From: Bacteroidales bacterium
GTDB taxonomy: Bacteria; Bacteroidota; Bacteroidia; Bacteroidales; UBA932
DNA: 64,000 nt
Assembly (NCBI GenBank): GCA_017458145.1
Contig: JAFTGA010000049.1
Location: 746 to 64,745, forward strand
Reading direction: 5' to 3'
The notes beneath the pieces are model-generated. The model worked only from the letters and a program-made list of their open reading frames with translations. It was not told the DNA's origin and ran no database searches. Each line of letters starts with the position of its first letter. Within the stretch, counting starts at the first letter, position 1. This document shows, piece by piece, positions 59,028 to 64,000 of this stretch. The position numbers and the translations under genes are program-made.

Positions 59028-60452
59028 CTACTCGTCCTTGCCGAAGCCGAAGTAGCCGGGACGGCCGTTCGCCGTGACGCCCTCGATGAAGATGGAACGC
59101 TTGCTCTTCTTGGCGATGTCGATGACATCCTGCGGCTTGGAGACCTTCTGGTCGTTAACGAAGCGGATCACGAAGCCGTCCTCGCCGCCTGCGCGGGCCA
59201 GTTTGCCGTTGCCGGCGGAGACGATCAGCACACCGTTGTCCGCGGCTTTGAGCTGGGCGCCGTAGAAGGCGACCGTGCCGTCGCTGCTCACTGTTCCGTC
59301 CTTGACGCTGCCGTCGGTGAACTCAACCGGGATCTCCAGCGTCTTGCCGCCGCGCCAGACGCTCAGCGTGGCCTTGTCGCCCGGATGGAAGCTGTTGACC
59401 TTGGCCTGGAGTTCCGGCATCGTGGCGGTCTTGGTGCCGTCGATGTTAAGGATCACGTCCTCGGCCTTGACGCCGGCCTTGTCTGCCGCGCCGCCCTTGA
59501 CCACTTCGCTCACATACACTCCCTCGGGCACGGGGAGGTTCACCTTCTTGGCGTACTCCTCGTTCAGCGTGCCGCCGGTGATGCCGAGCATCGCGCGCTT
59601 GACGGAGCCGAAGTCGATCAGGTCGGAGACGACCTTCTTGACGATGTTGGAAGGTACGGCGAAGGAGTAACCGCTGTAGGAGCCGGTCGTGGAGACGATG
59701 GCGGTGTTGATGCCCACCAGTTCGCCCTGCTTGTTGACCAGTGCGCCGCCGGAGTTGCCGGGGTTCACGGCCGCATCGGTCTGGATGAAGGATTCGATCT
59801 TGAACTGACCATCGTAGTTGGGCATCGAGCGGCCCTTGGCGCTCACGATGCCGGCGGTGATGGTCGAGCGGAGTTCCTCGCCAAGCGGACTGCCGATGGC
59901 AAGCACCCACTCTCCAAGGCGGAGCTTGTCGGAGTCGGCGAACTGCACGACGGGCAGGCCGGTGGCGTCGATCTTGATCAGCGCCACATCCGTAGCCGGG
60001 TCGGTGCCGATCACCGTCGCTTCATAGCTTTTATTATTGTTGAGTGTCACCTCGATCTTGGTGGCGCCGCTCACCACGTGGTTGTTCGTGACGATGTAGC
60101 CGTCCGGGCGGATGATCACGCCGGACCCGCTCCCCTGACGCTCACGCCCCTGTCCGCGGCCGTATTCGTCGCCGAAGAAGAAACGGAAGAACGGATCGTC
60201 AATCTGCTGTTGCTGGCTCCTGACGGTCACTTTCACATAGACCACGGCCTGAACGGCATTCTCGGCCGCATAGGTAAAATCAGGATAGTCGGAAAGTGAC
60301 AAATTGACAGTCCGGACCGCCTGTCCGTCCTGGGAATAGACAATCTGCTGCTGGGGCTGATCCGCCTCGGGGGCGGTGTTCTTCACGATGGCGTATGCGG
60401 TCAGGCCGCTTACGAGCACGGAAAGTACGACGGTTAAAACACCTTTTTTCAT
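59028..60452 (-). CDS. degP: DegP/HtrA serine protease with PDZ domains
   Basis: TNNHVV, DVALIKI, TDAAVNPGNSGG. Confidence 0.93.
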   Translation of the reverse strand: MKKGVLTVVLSVLVSGLTAYAIVKNTAPEADQPQQQIVYSQDGQAVRTVNLSLSDYPDFTYAAENAVQAVVYVKVTVRSQQQQIDDPFFRFFFGDEYGRGQGRERQGSGSGVIIRPDGYIVTNNHVVSGATKIEVTLNNNKSYEATVIGTDPATDVALIKIDATGLPVVQFADSDKLRLGEWVLAIGSPLGEELRSTITAGIVSAKGRSMPNYDGQFKIESFIQTDAAVNPGNSGGALVNKQGELVGINTAIVSTTGSYSGYSFAVPSNIVKKVVSDLIDFGSVKRAMLGITGGTLNEEYAKKVNLPVPEGVYVSEVVKGGAADKAGVKAEDVILNIDGTKTATMPELQAKVNSFHPGDKATLSVWRGGKTLEIPVEFTDGSVKDGTVSSDGTVAFYGAQLKAADNGVLIVSAGNGKLARAGGEDGFVIRFVNDQKVSKPQDVIDIAKKSKRSIFIEGVTANGRPGYFGFGKDE

Positions 60453-60573
60453 ATTATATCGCTTTAAAATTTTTTCCGGGCAGTAAAAAGTCAAAATATG
60501 TGCCAAGAATCCAAGATTATTTCTTAATTTTGCGAATAAACATTTTTCAACGAAATACTAAAAAGTACCTGAT

Positions 60574-61695
60574 ATGGAATTCAACGTTTCAAGCGCCGGA
60601 CTGCTCAAGGGCATCCTCGATGTGTCCAAGGCGATTCCCGCCAAAACCGCCCTCCCCATCCTGGAAAACTTCCTGTTCGTCCTCAAGGACGGCCAGCTGG
60701 AGATCACCGCCTCCGACCAGGAGCTGACGCTCCGCACCATCGTCGCCGTGGACAGCACGGCCGAAGAGGGCAGCATCGCCGTCCCGGCCCGTCAGATGAC
60801 GGACCTGCTGAAGGCGCTGCCAGACCAGCCCATCACGGTCAAGACCACGGGCGAGGGTTCATTCGAGTGCATCTGGAGCAACGGCAATTCCTCCCTCCCC
60901 TATTTCCCGGCCGCCGACTATCCGGAGATCAAGGGCGCGGGCGAAGACGCACGGACCGCCACCATCCCGGCCAGCGTGCTGGCAGAGGGCATCAGCAGCA
61001 CCATCTACGCCACGGCGGACGATGAGATGCGCCCGGCGATGAACGGCATTTTCTTCGACATGGAGCCGGAGAGCACCACCCTCGTGGCCTCCGATTCCCA
61101 CAAACTGATCTGCTATACCACCCGCGAGGTCCGCACGGACGAGAAAGCTTCCTTCATCCTGCACAAGAAGCCGGCCGGCGTGCTGAAAAGCATCATCGAC
61201 AAGGACGACGAGGACGTGACCGTCTCCTTCGATTCCTCCACGGTGGTCTTCTCCTTCGGCGCCACGATGATGGTCTGCCGCCTGATTGTCGGCAAGTTCC
61301 CGGAGTACCGCAAGGTCATCCCGCAGAACAACGCCAACATCCTCAAGATCGACCGCGCCCAGCTGCTCAACACCGTGCGCCGCGTGGCGGTGTGCGCCAA
61401 CAAGGCCTCCAACCATATCAAGTTCGAGCTCAAGCCCGGCCAGATCGAGATCACGGCCCAGGACCTGGGCTTCGCCCTCGCCGCCTATGAGAAACTCGGC
61501 TGCGACTACAACGGCGACGAACTGGGCATCGGCTTCAAGTCCTCCTTCCTGATCGAAATCCTGAGCAACATGACCTGCGGGACCGTCGTGATCAAATTCG
61601 CGGACCCGCGCCGCGCCGCCCTGATCGTACCGGCCGAGGAGGAAGAGGAGAGCGAGAAGATCTGCGGCATCCTGATGCCGATCATGGTTTCCTAA
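60574..61695 (+). CDS. dnaN: DNA polymerase III beta clamp
   Basis: LPILENFLF, SDSHKL, ILMPI. Confidence 0.96.
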   Translation: MEFNVSSAGLLKGILDVSKAIPAKTALPILENFLFVLKDGQLEITASDQELTLRTIVAVDSTAEEGSIAVPARQMTDLLKALPDQPITVKTTGEGSFECIWSNGNSSLPYFPAADYPEIKGAGEDARTATIPASVLAEGISSTIYATADDEMRPAMNGIFFDMEPESTTLVASDSHKLICYTTREVRTDEKASFILHKKPAGVLKSIIDKDDEDVTVSFDSSTVVFSFGATMMVCRLIVGKFPEYRKVIPQNNANILKIDRAQLLNTVRRVAVCANKASNHIKFELKPGQIEITAQDLGFALAAYEKLGCDYNGDELGIGFKSSFLIEILSNMTCGTVVIKFADPRRAALIVPAEEEEESEKICGILMPIMVS

Positions 61696-61707
61696 AGAAG
61701 CGTCGCC

Positions 61708-62568
61708 ATGCAATTGAATCTGAGCCGGCCGCTGCTTTTCTTCGACATCGAAAGCACCGGCCTCAACATCCCTGCCGATTCGATCATCGAGCTGAGCTTT
61801 GTCAAGGTGTTCCCGGGCGGGGAGCAGCGCATCAAGACCTGGAAAATCAAGCCCTGGGACTACGAGCGCCGCTGCCAGCGCCCCATCAATCCGGACGCGT
61901 CCAGGGTGAACGGCATCACCGACGACATGCTCGTGGACTGCCCCACCTTCTTCGCGGTCGCGGACGAAGTGGCGCAGTGGCTACAGGACAGCGATCTCGC
62001 GGGCTTCAATTCTGCCAAGTTCGACCTGCCGATGCTCGCCGAGGAGTTCGAGCGCGTCAAGCTGGCCGGCAAGGACCTGGGCGTGGACCTGCACAGTCCG
62101 CTGATGGTGGACGTGCAGAACATCTACCACACGATGGAGCCGCGCAACCTGCGCGCCGCCTACCGTTTCTACTGCGGCGGCAAGAACTTCGAGAATGCCC
62201 ACAGCGCCGAGGCCGACACCCTTGCCACCTACGAAGTGCTCAAGGCGCAGCTGGACCGCTATCAGACCCCGGACGAGAACCGCGAGCAGGTGCTCAAGAA
62301 CGACGTCGCCTCCCTGGCCGCTTTCGTGGGCAAGAAATACGTGGACTTCTCCGGCCACCTGATTCTCGACGAACAGGGAGAAATCCTCATCAATTTCGGC
62401 AAGCACAAGGGCAAATCCGCCCGCAAGGTCTTTGAGACGGAGCCTTCCTATTTCGCCTGGATTCAGCAGGGCAGTTTCACGCTTGACACCAAGGCCCAGT
62501 TTGCCCGGCTCGAAGAGCAGTTCAAGCGCGAGCGGCTCGCCGCCAAGTGGAACGGACGGCTGTTCTGA
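61708..62568 (+). CDS. DnaQ-like 3'-5' exonuclease (Pol III epsilon-like)
   Basis: FFDIESTG, GFNSAKFD, AHSAEADT, C-terminal FGKHKGK. Confidence 0.9.
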   Translation: MQLNLSRPLLFFDIESTGLNIPADSIIELSFVKVFPGGEQRIKTWKIKPWDYERRCQRPINPDASRVNGITDDMLVDCPTFFAVADEVAQWLQDSDLAGFNSAKFDLPMLAEEFERVKLAGKDLGVDLHSPLMVDVQNIYHTMEPRNLRAAYRFYCGGKNFENAHSAEADTLATYEVLKAQLDRYQTPDENREQVLKNDVASLAAFVGKKYVDFSGHLILDEQGEILINFGKHKGKSARKVFETEPSYFAWIQQGSFTLDTKAQFARLEEQFKRERLAAKWNGRLF

Positions 62569-62586
62569 CCGATTTATTTTCTTGAA

Positions 62587-63996
62587 ATGGATATGAGACT
62601 GATTCCGATATACACTTGGAACAAGGGTGTGCTCGAATTCAACAAGCGCAGCAACCGCCTTTCCAAGAAGCCTTGGTTCCAGGGCGTCCTGCTGATGGCC
62701 TGCGTGCTGGTGGCGATGCTGCTCGCGAACCTTCCCTTCACCCGCGACTGGTACCACGACCTGCTGGAGACCCACATCCAACTGCATCTGCATAGCGAAG
62801 ACGGACTGGTGGATATTCTCTTCCCGCGCGATATGACGGTCGAGAAGTTCATCAACGACATCCTGATGGTGATCTTCTTCTTCACCGTCGGACTGGAGAT
62901 CCGGCGCGAAATCGCCCACGGCGAACTCTCCTCGCCCAAGAAAGCCATGCTGCCCGTGATCGCCGCATTCGGCGGCGTGATCGCGCCGGCGCTCATCTAT
63001 ACCTTGATCAACCACGGCACGATGGCCTCCAGCGGCTGGGGCATCCCGACCGCCACGGACATCGCCTTCGCCGTGTGCATCCTCTCAATACTCGGCGACA
63101 AGGTCCCCGTGTCGCTCAAGGTCTTCCTGACTGCGCTCGCGATCGCCGACGACCTCATCGCGATCCTGGTCGTGGCGCTCTTCTACGGCGGGAGGATCAA
63201 TTTCGTACTGCTCGGCATCGCCCTCATGGTGATCCTCTTCACCCTGCTGCTGCGCCGCATCGGCGAGAAACGGATGTTCCCCTATCTGCTCTGCGCAGCC
63301 CTGGTCTGGGGACTGTTCTACTACAGCGGCATCCACGCCACGATGTCCGGCGTGGTGATGGCTTTCCTGATCCCGGCCCGGTCGCTCTACAACAAGGCCC
63401 AGTACCTCCACAAGCGCAACCACTATATCGAACTGCTCGAGAAGATGGATGGGATCGATGACGAACCCTTCCCCAACGGGCCGCAGAAGCACGCCCTGCG
63501 CAAGCTTGAGGGCATCGCCCACGGCACGATGGATATGACCTACCGGGTGGAGCACGCCCTCGGTCCCTGGGTCAACTTCTTGATCATGCCGATCTTCGCC
63601 CTGGCCAATGCCGGCGTGCAGATTACGGATCCTTCCTATTTCAACGTGTTCAGTTTCGATTCGGCCCTGGGCAGCGTATCGATGGGTATCTTCCTGGGAC
63701 TGCTGCTCGGCAAGCCGCTCGGCATCACCCTCTTCAGCTGGCTCGCCATCAAGTGCAAGGTGGGCGCGATGCCCGAGAAGGCCACCTGGCCGATGTTCTT
63801 CGCCGTGGCGTGCCTGGGAGGCATCGGCTTCACGATGTCCATCTTCGTGGACACGCTCTCCTTCGGCGAGACGGCTCCGGACGTGATGATGCACCTTCGC
63901 GATGCCGGCAAGATCGCCGTCCTGATGGGCTCCGTCTGCGCGGGCGTCCTGGGTTCGGTGCTGATCAACCTCGTCTCGAAGATCCACAGGAACTAG
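62587..63996 (+). CDS. nhaA: Na+/H+ antiporter
   Basis: FINDILM, GWGIPTATDIAF, LAIADD, GIGFTMSIF. Confidence 0.95.
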   Translation: MDMRLIPIYTWNKGVLEFNKRSNRLSKKPWFQGVLLMACVLVAMLLANLPFTRDWYHDLLETHIQLHLHSEDGLVDILFPRDMTVEKFINDILMVIFFFTVGLEIRREIAHGELSSPKKAMLPVIAAFGGVIAPALIYTLINHGTMASSGWGIPTATDIAFAVCILSILGDKVPVSLKVFLTALAIADDLIAILVVALFYGGRINFVLLGIALMVILFTLLLRRIGEKRMFPYLLCAALVWGLFYYSGIHATMSGVVMAFLIPARSLYNKAQYLHKRNHYIELLEKMDGIDDEPFPNGPQKHALRKLEGIAHGTMDMTYRVEHALGPWVNFLIMPIFALANAGVQITDPSYFNVFSFDSALGSVSMGIFLGLLLGKPLGITLFSWLAIKCKVGAMPEKATWPMFFAVACLGGIGFTMSIFVDTLSFGETAPDVMMHLRDAGKIAVLMGSVCAGVLGSVLINLVSKIHRN

Positions 63997-64000
63997 TTCC

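Noticed and set aside
8899-63987. Long antisense/alternative-frame ORFs (e.g. 16869-18584, 28122-30290, 36542-38677, 42696-44939, 58416-60299)
   Set aside because: Shadows of high-GC3 genes on the other strand or frame; no recognisable motifs.

Overview
Chromosomal window from a high-GC Bacteroidales bacterium, judged from TAnnTTTG -7 promoter boxes, a short Bacteroidota-type sigma70, and the dnaN/argS/degP/nhaA neighbourhood. About 1-8 kb is visibly lower in GC and looks like the end of a composite integrated island. It holds an AbiEii-type toxin gene, an orphan lipoprotein gene and an integrase-less 4.6 kb OhrR/MarR-glutathione peroxidase-radical SAM-flavodoxin unit. That unit is bracketed by two ~88% identical attachment-site-like direct repeats (2796-2895, 7417-7517). 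Just outside lie a probable abiF-type RNA with a decayed Abi gene start and a REP-like palindrome. The rest is mostly core/accessory: two Cache-HAMP-PP2C sensor phosphatases with an NMT1-like binding protein and DUF1846, two convergent Y-family polymerases, an AT-rich pseudogene patch, iorAB-paaK-ACT, tRNA-Val plus tmRNA (unusual tag, overlapped by an MscS ORF), a PL10-CE8 pectinase, tRNA-Ser, tex, blaI/blaR1-TonB, dtd, clc, ygiQ, argS, rpoD, degP, dnaN and nhaA. All calls come from motif recognition by eye; no database searches were run.
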